This document shows positions 46,950 to 61,364 of a DNA stretch of 64,000 nt, piece by piece. A program made the translations under genes and the position numbers. Position 1 is the stretch's first letter. Every line of letters starts with the position of its first letter. This DNA is from Azolla caroliniana (lineage: Eukaryota; Plantae; Polypodiophyta): positions 10,292,001-10,356,000 of the forward strand of contig JBHGNT010000003.1 in the NCBI GenBank assembly GCA_043228905.1, written 5' to 3'. The notes beneath the pieces were generated by a model. That model did no database searches and was not told the origin of the DNA. It saw nothing but the letters and a program-made list of their open reading frames with translations.

Positions 46950-48168
46950 TTACATTTCGTTAAAGAGGAGGCATGTTGAGTTTGAAACTCACTCTTCATG
47001 TTTATTTTAAATAGAAAATTTACTCGCTTTAGAGGTGGTTTCCCATCGTGTGCCATTCGCAACACGACACCGGAATGCATTGAGTCTTTGTGCAAGTACT
47101 CCAGACATATTTTCACAATTTCATCATAATGGATTGTAAAGTTAGAGGTTAGTGGGTCACACAAATCTTTCATCTTCAATGTGTAGTCCAAAACAAACAT
47201 ATCTTTTTGTCAAAAATTGTTGACATGTTGCGAAATATATAACCTTCCAACAATCATGTTTGCAATGAAAATGTTCTTGAAGTTTTCCCACACTTCTTAC
47301 ACGATGTAGATGAGCATGTGAGCATGTACACATGCTCATTTGATTCAATGTTGGTAGTTGGTATGGGTAAGGTCGAGCATCATGTTTTTTACTTCTTTAA
47401 TGCAACCACAATAACCTTTTCTCACAACGGATTGGTGCATCGTGCACTCCCAAGATGCAAAATCATTTCAATTTAGATTCCCATTTGTTTCGATCATGCA
47501 CTTTTCATTTGTTTTTATGTTGCAATCTTGTTCTTTTTGTCTCTTCAATTTTCCTTCGATCACATGCTACATAGCAATAATATGTTAATTGTTTTGTCGT
47601 CGATGGCTCAGACATACTTAACACAAATGGTCAGTTGCAGTTAGTGGATATACTAATCCCCAATCCTTGATGCTATGTAAATGGTTACCATGTGATTATG
47701 TAATAGGTAGGTACTGATTATATGTGTAACTAGTACCAATTATTTGAGTGATTCTTATTCAAATCTGATGAAGGAGAGAAAGAAATATGTGTTAATATGC
47801 ATGTGGAGAAGATGGATCAAGTGCGAGAAATGATTAATATTCAGGAATTTATGTAGAAGAGGGAAAATATGTATCAAACATCATCAATTACCAAAGAACT
47901 CCATGATGAGTTTATATACGACCATGTGTGAGTACACATGTAATGATGGAAAAGGGTTTAGGGTTTAGTGAATGAGTGAGTTAGTGTGTTGTCTACAAAA
48001 AATGTACTATGATATGAAGTACAAAATCTCATGCATTAAGCACTTATGAAGTGACTTACAAAAACACCAACTATTAAATAGTTACAAGAACTTTGAACTA
48101 TTAGTTAGGTAAATAGTTAACTCTCAATCAAATGTGTTGAAAACATAGTTGAGGTTGATATCGCAACA
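46950..48168 (-). mobile_element. Highly decayed copia 5' end (LTR start and gag remnant)
   Basis: Minus-strand TGTTGCGATATCAACCTCAAC at 48168 matches the LTR start at 61365. Gag-like DYTLKMKDLCDPL...DEIVKICL. Confidence 0.5.
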
Positions 48169-48374
48169 TTGTCCTTCAAATCCTCCTTTCTTCACCCTCC
48201 CCACCATTGCCTCGTAAATCTAACTTCTACATCAAGTTTCAGTTTTGGTGGGTAGGTAAAGGGGCTACCCTTTTACATATTTTATGTAAAGGAGGTAACC
48301 TAGCATTAAATGTGGTTGGTGTTACCTTTTCTCTATAAAAAGAGGAGAGGAGGGTTCATTGAGGGGTTTGATTT

Positions 48375-51300
48375 TGAAAAAGATTATGTGCAAAAGAAAT
48401 AGAAAACCGAACACAGAAAATACGCAGGTTTAATGGAGAGCTTGAATATACACAGTACACGGGTGAGACGGAGAGAGAACACACAATCTGTACATACACC
48501 GTGCTTAGTGAGCACCTTTTATACAAGCCTTGACAATAGGGCTGACACAAGTATTGACAGTACTTGACTGCTCATAAATGAGCCTACTACATTAACTCCC
48601 AAAATTATTCCTTACGAGGAATATCTTCCCAACGGCCTCGCAGTTTTCACACCGATACGGCCATGTTATGCGTACCGATTTACGCACCCAGTCTACGCAC
48701 TGGGTTACGCATCGTATTACGCACGAATGTTGAGCTTGTCTCTCAACACTCCCCCTCAAGCTCAATTTGAGGTTCCACCTACTCCGCCAGATCTACGCTC
48801 CGGTTCCTTCTGACTTCACGCCTCGCTCATGCTCCTCGACCCGTTCGATTCTGCGCGCCTCGACCCTTCCGGTCGGCCTGTCTGCTTACACGGCCCTTCT
48901 CAGCTTTTTTTGCATTTGCGGTGTTGGCGACTCTTCTGCTGCCTTCTCTTCCGCTTGGCCCTTGGTTGATTCAATGTATCCGAATCAAACATCTGAACCT
49001 ACTCGACTTCCTCTGATCGGTTTTCGCTCTCGTCCGAGTTGGTTGTCTCCAACTCGTTTTCGGTCTTCTCGCCCTTGATGGCTTCATCTCCCCCATGCTT
49101 GGTTGTCTTCGGCTCTTTCTTTTGACTGCTCCCCTTATGTCCGCTTTTTGACTCTTCCGCGGATCCGCCCTCGACTTCTTCAGCCGATCCGAAATCGAAT
49201 TCGTCATCCAACTCGTCGTCACAGTCTTCTCCGCTCCTTTCCTACTCCCTTCCGTGGTCATCATGGACATCTGTCCCACTCAAGTTCGGCACGTCGAGGT
49301 GACGCAACCCAAGCGTACTCGAGAATTGCCGCAACTTGTCTAGACCAAGAGGCTTGGTGAAGATGTCGGCGTTCTGCCGATCCGTCGGAACATACTGAAG
49401 TTCGACTTTACTGGAGAGGACATGCTCACAGACAAAATGGTAGTGCACCTCAATGTGCTTAGTCCGGGCATGGAAGACGGGGTTCTTAGCTAGCTGGATG
49501 CTGCTGAGGTTGTCGCAGTAGATTGTCATTGGATCGAATACCTCCACCTGCAGATCCTTAAGTAGCCGCTTCAACCATATGGCTTCGCATGTCGTGACAA
49601 CCGCTCCTCTATACTCGACTTCGGTGCTCGACAGCGCAACTGTCGGCTACTCCTTGCTACTCCACTCGATCGCAGCACTCCCAAGAGAGAACGCTAAACC
49701 AGACGTGGATCGGCGATCGGCGGCGTTTCCGGCCCAATCAACATCGGTGTAACCGACCAACTGTGTGGTAGTATCGGTCCGATATAGTAGCCCCCAGTCC
49801 TTAGTGCCATTGACGTACCGGATAAGCGTTGTGCGCACTAAAGGTGCTCCTCGGTCGGTCGCGCCATGAACTGACTAATCACCCTGACCGGGTAGCTGAG
49901 ATCTGGTCGGATGATGGTCAAGTATATAAGGCTTCTGACTATCTGTCGGACCCTCGTCGGGTCGCATACCTTTCCGGAATTAGGGCAAAGCTTGACGGTT
50001 CTATCCAGAGGAGTCGAGACGGACTTACAGTCGGCCATCCCGAATTTGAAGAGCATACTCAACACGTAATGTCGTTGGCTGATCAGTATGCCTTCGGGGG
50101 TGCGGATCACTTCGATCCCAAGGAAGTAATGAAGGTCCCCCAGATCCTTCATGTCGAATGATGCCGCAAGCTAGAGCTTCACGCGGTCAATCTCACCTAG
50201 GTCGGTGCCGGTGATGACCAAGTCATCAACATAAAGTAAAATGCTAACCGGCCCGAGTCGACCTTTCCGGATGAATAGTGAGGAGTCCGATTTTGACGTC
50301 GCAAAGCCCAACCGACGCAATCGTTGCGTGATCTTCGCGTTCCAGGCACACGGGGCTTGCTTTAGTCCGTAAAGGGACTTCTTCAATCGGCACACCGCCA
50401 AAGTGTTCGTTCCGGAGTGAAATCTAGGGGGTTGTACCATGTATAGCTATTCCTCAAGCTCACCTTGCAGGAACGCATTCTTTACATCCATCTGATGTAA
50501 GTGTCACCCCTTTGCCGCAGCTACCGCGAGCAAAACACGGACGATCGTCATCTTCGCGACCGGCACAAACGTCTCATCGTAGTTGATGTTGTGGTTCTAC
50601 GCATAGCCTTTCGCTACTAATCGGGCCTTGTATCGGTTGACTACGCCATCGGTGTTGTACTTGACCTTGTACACCCACTTGCATACGATCGGCTTCACAC
50701 CTTTTAGTGCGTCAACCAGGTCCCAGCTTTCATTCTCCGCTAATGCGCGCATCTCTTCCTCCATTGCGGCGCGCCAATTTGCATCCTTCGCCCCTTCTGC
50801 GTAGCTCTCTGGCTCACGCACTTCCACTGCACGGGTCATGTATGCATAGTGATACGCCATGTACTCATTGTATCCGAACCGCACAACAGGGTTCTTCTGG
50901 CGGGTAGATCGGCGCAATTGCTCATTAGCCGATGTTGAGGCTATTTTAGTCGACGCGGACTTCACTCTCGAAGACCCATCATCACTTCCCTCGGAGTCAG
51001 ACTCGGGTCGATTCAACTCGTTCTTATCCGAGCCATAATCTGACACCTTCTTCTTCCCTTTTTCCTTGCGCGTAAGCCGTCTCCTCGGCTTCCTGCGCGG
51101 GGAATGCACGACCGAGTCTCCACTACTCGCCAGCTCTTCATCGGACTGGTCAAACTGACTCAGTCGCCCATCCGGTCCGCTTAACCGAAATGAAATCGGA
51201 CTCTCTTCGCGGGTCCCGATTTCAGGCTCATCCGGAGGCATCTCAACCTTGCTGACCTCATCGTCAGAACTCGGATTAGAGGTGAGGTCTGGAGGCAAGT

Positions 51301-53966
51301 ACCAAGACGCGGACTCGTCAAACACAATGTTGCAGCTCACGCGCGCTTGTTTGGTGCGAGGGTTATAACACTTATAACCCTTCTGCTCGTCCAAATAGCC
51401 AACCAAGATACACTTCTCAGCTTTCACGTCCAACTTCCTCCGTTTCTCCTTCGGCACATGCACATACACAATGCTACCGAAAACTCTCAAGTGTCGCAGA
51501 TTCAGCTTCCTTCTAAAATAAAGCTCATGCGCCGACACTTTTTCTCTGATCCAATTCTGAATGTACACCGTGGTTCGTACCGCCTCGGCCCAATAGAACT
51601 TGGGCAAGCTCTTCTCCTCCAACATTGCTCGTGCCGCTTCTACAATTGACCAATTCTTCCTCTCGGCCATGCCATTTTGCTCCGGTGTGTATCTACAACT
51701 GAATTCGTGCCGAATTCCCATCTGTTGTAGATAGCCGTTGCATTGACCAGAAAAGTACTCTTTTCCGCCATCAGACCGCAAGCGCTTGATCTTTCGTCCT
51801 GTTTCCGTTTCCACGAACCCTTTGAGGTCCCGGAAACAGTCGAAAACTTCACTCTTCTTCTCGATGAGGTAGATCCATGTGTGCCACGTATTGTCGTCGA
51901 TGAAGGAGACAAAATATCGACTCCCGCCAAGACTAACGTTCTATGCCGGCCCCCATACATCGGAATGTATCAAGTCGAGCTTGTTCCGGCTCCGATTACG
52001 CTCGTTAGGGAAAGGAAGTCGGTGTTGCTTCCCTAGCTAGTAGGCTTCACAAATTCATGCCTTTTGGCCACTAAAATTGGGCAATCTGAACACCACCTGT
52101 TTCGACTGCAGGTCCTGAAGCCGTTGATAGTTGAATGTGGCCTATTCTCTTGTGCCATAAGTCAATATCCGACTCGACTTTTTGTCCTTTCGCGAACATT
52201 GCGGTGCCACTGTCACTAGAGTTGAGGATAAACATCCTCCCGTCTCTGTGCCCTTGCGCAATAACTCGGCCTTCTTCCTCGATGAAGCACCCAAGATGCG
52301 TGAACCGGACTTGCATCCCCTAGTCGACGATCTACCCTAGTTGGGATGTGTAACACGTTCATAAGTTTCCCTTTCTGCCCGACATGGCTCAAGGGAACTT
52401 CACCGACATTCACGATCGGATGCGGAGTGTCGTCTCCGGTTGCGACTACTCCCGGTTGAATCGGTTTTTCCGGGTACGAGAACCACTCCTTCTGGCACGT
52501 CATGTGGTTTGACGCGCCGGAGTCGACGTACCACACCTCGTCCGACTTCGGAGTGTTCTTCTTCATCGAGTTTGCTTCGTGTCTCGTCACGAAGACTGAC
52601 CCTTTTCCGGCTTTTTCGGATCCTTCGGCGTAGTGCGATCACTGCCGATTTCCTTTGTCGGTCTATCCGGAACCTGATTCGGATCCGGTCTTATCCAAAT
52701 CGGTGCTCTTCTTCCAGCACTCGCTCTCCTTGTGGCCTTTTTTGCCACAGTACCAGCATTCCACGACAGATTTCCCTTGCTGGTTCTCGTCGACTCGACT
52801 CCCTCTATTCTGGAGGGTCAAGAATTGTTGTCGGCATCACTTCGGTGCCTTCTTCCTCGATCCCGTCGACCGCCTCCATTGCGCACCGACTCGCCTCGTC
52901 TGCCACGACCACGGGGCCTATCTCCCTCCGTGTACAACATCTTGTTGTCGGCATGCGTGCTTGTCGTCACACCCGTGTGGTTCTCCTCTATAAGGAGCAT
53001 CGATTGTAAGTCAAAAAATGACGGCATATTCTCCCGTGTACACACAGCAGTTCGGAACACTCCGAACTTCGACACCAGTCCCCCAAGACAGATTTGCACC
53101 ATCTCGCCTTCGTCAACGTTCACATCGATAGTGCCTAAGGAGTCGCATATCTCTTTGATCTGCGAGGTGTAATCAGCCACCGATAAGTCACGTTGTCGTA
53201 AATTACTCAGCTCCTATCGGAGTTGAAGCTTCCTGGTTGTGGTGCTTGCGGCGAAGATCTTCAGATTTTCCCAAGCATCCTTTGGCATTTTCGCATCCCG
53301 AATATAGCTCGAGCTATTCGCCCACACAAGACGCGAAGCAGTACAATATTCTGTGTGTCGATTCGAGTGTTGTGTCATTTGCTCCGTCGACATAGCTCCA
53401 ATAACCGTGCCCGAGCAGGTACTGGTGCATCTTGTAGGACCAAGACGCGTAGTTGTTTCTGTCGAGCTTCTCGGTAGGAAGCGAGCTAGCCATGCCTCTA
53501 TCCATTTTGTTTTTTCCTATTCTTCTTGGTTAGTTCTCTTTTCAAGTTATGTCGGCTGCAGAGGTTCTCAACCCTCGCGCTCTAATACCATTAAAAAGAT
53601 TATATGCGGAAGCAATACGCAGGTTTAATGGAGAGCTTGAATATACACAGTACGTGGGAGAGACAGAGAGAGAACACAGAAACTCAATTCAAAATAATAC
53701 TTAATCTGTACATACACCGTGCTCAGTGAGCACCTTTTATACAAGCCCTGACAATAGGGTTGACACAAGTATTGACAGTACTTGACTGCTCATAAATAAG
53801 CCTACTACACTAACTCCCAAAATTATTCCTTACGAGGAATATCTTCCCAACGGCCTCGCAGTTTTCACACCGATACGGCCATGTTATGCGTACCGATTTA
53901 CGCACCCAGTCTACACACTGGGTTACGCATCGTATTACGCACGAATGTTGAGCTTGTCTCTCAACA
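48375..53966 (-). mobile_element. Full-length Ty1/copia element with TSD (pol inactivated by stops/frameshifts)
   Basis: TSD GATTT at 48370-48374 and 53967-53971. LTRs 53591-53966 and 48375-48748. PBS TGGTATTAGAGC 53590-53579; PPT 48760-48749. Order gag-PR (WYVDSGASNHM)-INT-RT (YVDDL)-RH. Confidence 0.95.
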
Positions 53967-54444
53967 GATTTTTTGTTGAGCAGTTTTATGTCTCCATTTT
54001 TTGTTTTATCTAGGGTTTTCTTATATTTTCTTCTTCTTCTTTCTTTTTAAATGTTTCTGGGTTTAAGAGAGAGTGAGTGTGATAGTGAATTTGTTAAGCT
54101 TCTTCTTCACTACATCAAAATAAAGGCATTGTTGTCATTTATCGTACTTGAGGCCTCGATGACACCTCTCCGCTTGGATCTTCACTGAAAGCTCAACCAC
54201 TCCTTATTGTTTGTTTTCTTGTTTAAACTTGAATGCCATTTTGTAAAAACCATCATTATCATGGTGCTATTTCGGTTAACTCTAATGGGTATAAAGGGGT
54301 TTGTTGAAAAAATCATGTGTATTAAGGTCTTAATCTTGTAATGTTTTGTTAATCAAGTGCACTTACCCAAATCCCATGTTCAACGGTTTAAACACCATTG
54401 TACCATTAGTGAGAGTGAAAGAGAGAGAGATTGTGTATGAAAGT

Positions 54445-54547
54445 TGTGAAATTTAGCGTGCGGAAGCGTTCGACAAACCGGCTCAACCGGATAGCAACAG
54501 AAAATGAGAAAAGATTTAATGGAGAACTTAACACAAAGAATACGCGT

Positions 54548-54625
<78 letters not shown>

Positions 54626-57600
54626 ATAACATAAAATCAAATCAAAATAATACTCTCAATATTCTGTGTACATACAATGTGCTCAGACAACACTTTTATA
54701 CAAGTCCATAAGGGACTGAGAGAAGTACTAACAGGTACTTCAATGCTCACATGAGCGACTATCACTAACTCCCAAAAATATGCCTGCGTACTAGGCTGGA
54801 TCCGTAGGCCTCTAATGGCCTATTGGTTTCAATCTTATCCGGGTCTCCAATACGGCTCTTGGTTCTGGATATCATCCGGATACCGATCCGGCTCTGGCTT
54901 ATTCAACTGAACCGGATCCGCTTGAGCTTGCTCGCTCAACACTCCCCCTCAAGCTCAACTTGAGGTCGGATCATGGTGTCAGTGTCTGCAATAGTCAGTG
55001 CTTTCCTCTAGCTCCTTCTGACGTCCTCCCGCCTTGCTCGCGCTCCTCGTCTAGTTCGCTTCCGCTTCCCGCGACCTGTCTGGTACTGCGCACCTCGACC
55101 TCCTTGGTCGGCTTGTTTGATCAATAGGCCCATTTCAGCTCCTTCGCTGCTATGACTGCGGCGCTTGTCGATCCATTGGTTCCTCCGTGTCGATGTCGAC
55201 TTCCGTTGCCTCCTCGTCCACTTGGCCTTTACTTGATATGACTTCTGTGAATCTTGAACAGGATCGGCTTCCTCCGATTCGTTCCAACTCTTGTCCGAGT
55301 TGGTAGTCTCCAACTCGGCTTTTGTTTTTAGGCCCTTCACCACATCGGACCACCTCCATTTCTTGGCCTTCTTCCGGTCGGCTCTGTCCTTCTTGACTCT
55401 GCCATCATTGTCGATTGCTCCGACTGGTTTGGATGTGCCGACTCCTTCGGTCGTCTCGACTTCCTTTATCTGCTCGTCTCCCACCTTGGTTCTTTCTTCC
55501 TCTCCAGCTCCTTTTTTGGTGCCATCCATTCTTGTTCCTATTCTCCCCCTCAAGTGCAGCACATCGAGATGTTGAATGCCAAGCATCTCTAAAAAATGTT
55601 GCAACTTGTCCAATCCGAGTGGCTTGGTGAAGACGTCGGCAACCTGTCGATCCGTGTGAACATACCGAAATTCAACTTCACTGCTCATGACCCGCTCGCG
55701 AACAAAGTGATAATGCACTTCTATGTGCTTTGTCCGAGCATGGAATACAGGATTCTTGGCGAGTTGTATGCTGCTTACATTGTCACAGTAGATGAGGATC
55801 GGGTTCGGCACCTCAATCCGGAGGTCTCACAGCAGTCGCCGAAGCCAAATGGCTTCACAGGTGGCAATGGTAGGGCCCTGGTATTCAGCCTCAGTGCTCG
55901 ACAAAGCCATTGTTGGCTTCTTTTTGCTGCTCCACGTGACAACCACGCTACCAGGAGAAAACATGTAACCGGAGGTGGATCGGCGATCCGATGCATCACC
56001 AACCCAGTTGGCATCGGTATCTCCGACTACCATCCCAGCTATATTGTGTCAGTATAACAGTCCTCGGTTCTTCGTGCCGCTAACATACCAGAGTATCCGG
56101 TGTGCGCAGTAAAGGTGCTTGACCGTTTCTCATCGCAGGTCGGGCTGGAGTGAGGACGTAGCTTCAAGTTCCGGTCTAGGGTTGTGGAGATCGGTCAGTA
56201 TTCAGTCATGCGGAACTTGTACAACATATTCAACACATAATGGCGTTGTCAGAGCAATATGCCATCGGGGGTTTAGATCACCTCGATCCCAAGAAAATAA
56301 TGAAGGTTCCCCAAGTCCTTCATTTCAAATGTGTCTGATAGTTGGGACTTCACTCGGTCGGTGATGACTAAATCTTCTACATAAAGCAAAATGCAAACCG
56401 GACCGTCCAGACTGTTCCCCTTTTTCTCATGCGAGTAACCTATTAGGATGCACTTCTCCGACTTCGGATCTAGCTTCTTCCGCTTCCCATCCGGTTCATT
56501 CACATATGCTATGCTACTGAATATCCAAAGGTGCCTCAAATTTGACTTCCGCCCGACGTACAACTCATGTGCTGACACCTTGTCTCCGATCCGGTTTTGG
56601 ATGTAGATGGTCGTTCGAACCACCTCAGCCCAATAGAATTGGGGCATGCTCTTCTCCTCCAACATTGCCCTTGCCACGTCAACAATCAACCGGTTCTTCC
56701 TTTTAGCCACACCGTTTTGCTCTGGTGTGTATCTGCAGCTGAATTCTCTCCGAATTCCGTTCTGCTGCAGATAACTGTTGAATTGGCCGGAAAAGTATTC
56801 TTTTCCACCATTCGACCACAGGCACTTGATCTTCCTCTCTGTTTCCCATTCAACTAAGCTTTGAAGGTTCCAAAAACATTCGAAGACTTCGCTTTTCTTC
56901 TCGATGAGGTAGATCCACATGTGTCGGCTATAGTCATCGATGAAGGACAAGAAATATTGACTCCCGCCAAGACTAAAGTTTTGTGTCGGTCCCCATACAT
57001 ACAAGTCGATTAAGTCGAGCTTGTTACGGCTCTGGTTTCATTCGGTGGGGAATGGAAGCCGGTTTGCTTCCCGAGTTAGCAGGCTTCACAAATTCGGGCC
57101 TTCCGGCCACTGAATTTTGGCAAACCGAACACAACTTGTTTCGATTGCAGGTCCTGAAGCCTCCGATAATTGACGTGACCGATCCGCTTGTGCCAGAGAT
57201 CGATGTATGATTCAATCTTCTGTCCTTTGGCAAACATGGCGGTGTCAACATCATTAGTGTTGAGGATGAACATCCTCCCTTCCCTACGCCCTTGCGCAAT
57301 TATCCAGCCTTCTTCTAAGATCAAGCACCCGAGGCACCTAAACCGCACTTGCATTCCTTGGTCGACGATTTGTCCGACCGATACCAGGTTCTTTGTGATA
57401 TTCGGAACGTGTAATTTACGTTCATCAGCTTCCCCTTTTCTCCGACATGCACAATCGGGTGAGGGGTGTCGTCTCTAGTTTCGACAATCCCCTGTTGTTC
57501 TGGTTTATCCAAAAAAGAGAACCACTCTTCATGGCTCGTCATGTGGTTGGACGCTCCAGAATCAACATACCATAATTCCTCTGATTTGGAAGTAGTCTTC

Positions 57601-59150
57601 TTCATCGAGTTAGCCTTGTGCTTCATCATGAAGGTTGGCCCTTTACCGGTCTTCCCGGTTCTGAATCCTTCCGATCCTTCTGCGTAGTGCGAGCTTTGCC
57701 AGTTTCCCTATCCAATCTTGCCGGATCCGGATTTATCCAAATCGGCGTGCTTCTTCCAGCACTCGCTTTCCCTATGGCCCTTTTTGCCATAGTACCAACA
57801 TTCCATGTCGGCTTTTCCTTGCCAATTTCCAGCTCCGACTTGACTCCCCCTACTTATGGGGGGTCCAGAACTGTTGTCGGCATCGTCTCCGTGCCTTCAG
57901 TTCTGCTCTTGCCGGCCGCTTCCATTGCGTGCCGACCCACCTCGTCCTCCACGCCCACGGCGTCGATTGAGTGTTCTTCAACCCACTCGCGTGGTTTTCT
58001 TTGACCATCAACATTGATTGTAATTCAAAGAAGGACGGTGGTTTCTCCCAGGTGCAAATTGCCATCCGGATTGGCCCGTATTGTTGTGCTAGATCACCGA
58101 GACAGATATGGACCATCTCGTGTTCGTCCACCGTCACGTTGATGGACCCAAACGCGTCACAAATCTCCTTTATCTTGGTGGTGTAGTCCGTAACCGACAT
58201 GTCTCTCTGTTGGATGTTGTTTAGCTCTTGCCAGAGCTGCAACTTACAGGTTGTGGTACTTGCGGCGAAAATCTTCCGTAGATTTTCCTAGGCCTCCTTC
58301 GGCGTCTTTGCATCCTTGATGTAGCTGAGCATCTGATCATACACACAGGAGGTGAGGCAATACAAAACTCGGCTCACTCCTTGCTCCCATACCAAGAAGT
58401 CCTTGTGTGCCGGCTCCGGCACAAGTACTGGTGCATTTTATATGACCAGGACGTGTAGTTGCTCTAGTTGACCTTCTTTGTGGGAAGTGAACTCGCCATA
58501 CCTCAGTCCATATCTTTCTTTGTCTGTCATTACCGGGTACTAGGGTTTGTCTTCGAAAGCGTCTGTCGGCTGTAGAGGTTCTCAACCCTCGCGCTCTGAT
58601 ACCATGTGAAAGTTAGCGTGCAGAAGCATTTGACAAACCGGCTCAGCCATATAGCAATAGAAAATGAGAAAAGGTTTTATTAGAGATATGTACTAATGTA
58701 AGCAAAGGATAAGGATAAACAATAGATCTAGATAGAGAGGAGAGAGAGAAAGAAGAATGTTGATCCACCCGACCACCCTCGAGCGAAGGGATCGAGACGG
58801 ACTCGAGCCTCAATCGGCGTCCCATACCTGGTGTCGGCGCGCTCACTACAAGAGTTGACCCACCACAAGAACATAGTCTTGATGTAATCAACAAGATGAT
58901 GAAATGAGGGTAGCTAGGTCTCTTATTTATAGCGATACCCAAGGCCCCCATGCAAGTTCACACTTGGCCTAATGGGTTGTCTCAATCTCGAGGATTAAAA
59001 GTAATCCTCCCTTTCTTTACACTCTCATTTAACCCTCACACTTATCCACGTGTATAGAATACTACGGTAAATTCTCACCACGGGATATTATATGGTCATG
59101 CTCGTAACAGGTTTAATGGAGAACTTAACACAGAGAATACGCGTGGGAGG

Positions 59151-59198
<48 letters not shown>

Positions 59199-59498
59199 AG
59201 AACATAAACTCAATTCAAAATAATACTCTCAATATTATGTGTACATAGAATGTGATCAGAGAGCACTTTTATACAAGTCCATAAAGGGCTGGCAGAAGTA
59301 CTGACAGGTACATCAATGCTCACATGAGCAACTATCACTGAATCCCAAAAAAATGCCTACGTAGGCCTCTAACAGCCTTCTGGTTTCAATCCGATCTGGG
59401 TCTCTTATCCGGCTCCTAGTTCCGGATATCATCCGTACACCGATCCAGCTCTGGCTTATTCAGCCGATTCGGATCCGGTTGAGCGTGCTCGCTTAATA
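54445..59498 (-). mobile_element. Ty1/copia element of a sister family with TSD and an internal INT-RT deletion
   Basis: TSD AAAGT at 54440-54444 and 59499-59503. 3' LTR 54445-54941 with a long (GA)n. 5' LTR 58605-59498. PBS TGGTATCAGAGC 58604-58593. Integrase jumps directly to RT (KKGNSLDGPVCILLYV) at ~56410. Confidence 0.93.
58678..59109 (-). mobile_element. Solo LTR of a chromovirus-type Gypsy nested in the copia 5' LTR
   Basis: TSD GGTTT at 58673-58677 and 59110-59114. Homologous to the LTR at 60360-60794. Confidence 0.9.
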
Positions 59499-60359
59499 AA
59501 AGTAGTGGTGGCTAGAAAAGGAATCCAAGGAGCACAAGATTCAGAGGATCCCAAAATGATAGGAGCGTACGACCCTAACTTGCCCATGACACAAACAAGG
59601 CCACAAGGCCAATGGGCCCAAGGAGCCCAAAAGCCTAGTAACTCTACGAGCTTGAGGAGCCCATGAGCCTAGCGAGCCCAGGAGATCAGCGAGCATTATT
59701 TACAAAGAAAGGGGAAATTCCTCAAGGAAACCTTCAGAGGGGTTTTAAGGTTCTTCTTGTATGAGATCACATCTTCCTTGGTATAGATTCCATGTAGTTC
59801 CGCTCGAGTAGCTTAGGCACACATGGTTGTGTGATATCATGACTCAAGAGCATGCATTTATTAGATTAGGGGGTTGTTTAGTATTCTCTATACATCTCAC
59901 CTTTGATCCATTGTCCACAGCATCTAGGTGGGGAGGAAGGGCTCTTTTAGTGATAGTTTGCATCCAATGCTTTGGCTTTGGCCTCTTACCTTTGGCCTCA
60001 CTATGCATGTCTCCTATCGTTAACTAGATTCCTATCATAAAAATGAAAACCACATTATGAATGGTAGATTCACAAATGATACTAGCTGAGTGTTGCCTTT
60101 ATAAGTTAGGTCACTTGATAGCAATTACACTACAACATTATATGCAAATGTTCAAGATAAAAAGAGGGAGAAATTATATTACAAACCTTATATTACACAA
60201 AATCGTTCATTGATTGTATATATATCCCCTCCCATCTTCTCGTTCAAATGTGTGCCTTCTAGCGGCAATTATTTAGTAATTTGTGAGCCTCTATAACAAT
60301 TTTCCATTTTAAGGAATTATTCGTTGGTCTTACAATCAATGGTTCACATCCACTGGACT

Positions 60360-61360
60360 TGGTAGAGCTAGATCCTAATGTAAACATGAGATAAGGATAT
60401 AATAGATATAAAATAAGAAAGGAGAGAGAGAAAGAAGGGTTCTGATCCACCCGACCACCCCCGAGCGAAGGAATCGAGACGGACGGGCCTCGATCGGCAT
60501 CCCATACCACCATTGTGGCGTCGAGTCGTACCTGGTGCTGGCGCACTCACTACATGAGTTGACCCACCACAATGACGGAGTCTCGACATAGTCGATAATG
60601 TGTCAAATGAGGGTAACTAGGCCTCATATTTATAGCCAAACCTAAGGTCCCCAAGCAAGTTCACACTTGGCCTAATGGGTTGTCCCAATCCCAAGGACTA
60701 AAAGCAATCCTTTCCTTCTTTACACTCACACTTTATCCATGTGTATAGAATACTATGGTAAAACTCACCACGGGATATGGTCATGCCCGTAACATACTTC
60801 CCCTCTTTAAAACATTGCACTCTTGTAATGGAAAGTTAGGGAAGTTAGTTGTAAGTGTATTTTCGGGTTCCTATGTGGTATCTTTGATAGACTTATCCAT
60901 CCATTTTGTTTTAAATTCTCGGATTATTTTAGAACGCAAATTTTTCATTTTAACCAGAGTTTCAATTGTCACTGTATTGTCGCCATAACCAAGAAGTTCT
61001 TTTAGACGATCTACATAAAAAATTGGATGGATTTCAACGCCATTAGGAACAACAAGACAATTGGCTAATGAACCAATGCTTTTGAGGATTGTAAAAGGTC
61101 CACAAAACCATGGGGCTAACTTAACGCACTTACCTGTAGACAATGTCTTAGAATTGTGAGGTACACGTAAAAGTACTTTCTGTCCAGAGTTGAATACACG
61201 AGGTTGCCTATTATGATTGGCATAAAAATGAGCTCTATCTTGAGTTTTTTTTATATTATCTCGTGCAATATGCAACACATCTTGCATATCCCGAAGAAAG
61301 TTTTGTGTACTTCGCAACTCATCATGATGTATATTAACATCAATCGGGGCTTGTGGTTGA
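60360..61360 (-). mobile_element. Chromovirus-type Ty3/gypsy 3' fragment (integrase GPF/chromo-like tail, PPT, 3' LTR)
   Basis: KLAPWFCGPFTIL...IHPIFYVDRLK...REFKTKW. PPT AAAGAGGGGAAG just inside the LTR at 60794-60360. Confidence 0.85.
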
Positions 61361-61364
61361 AAAT

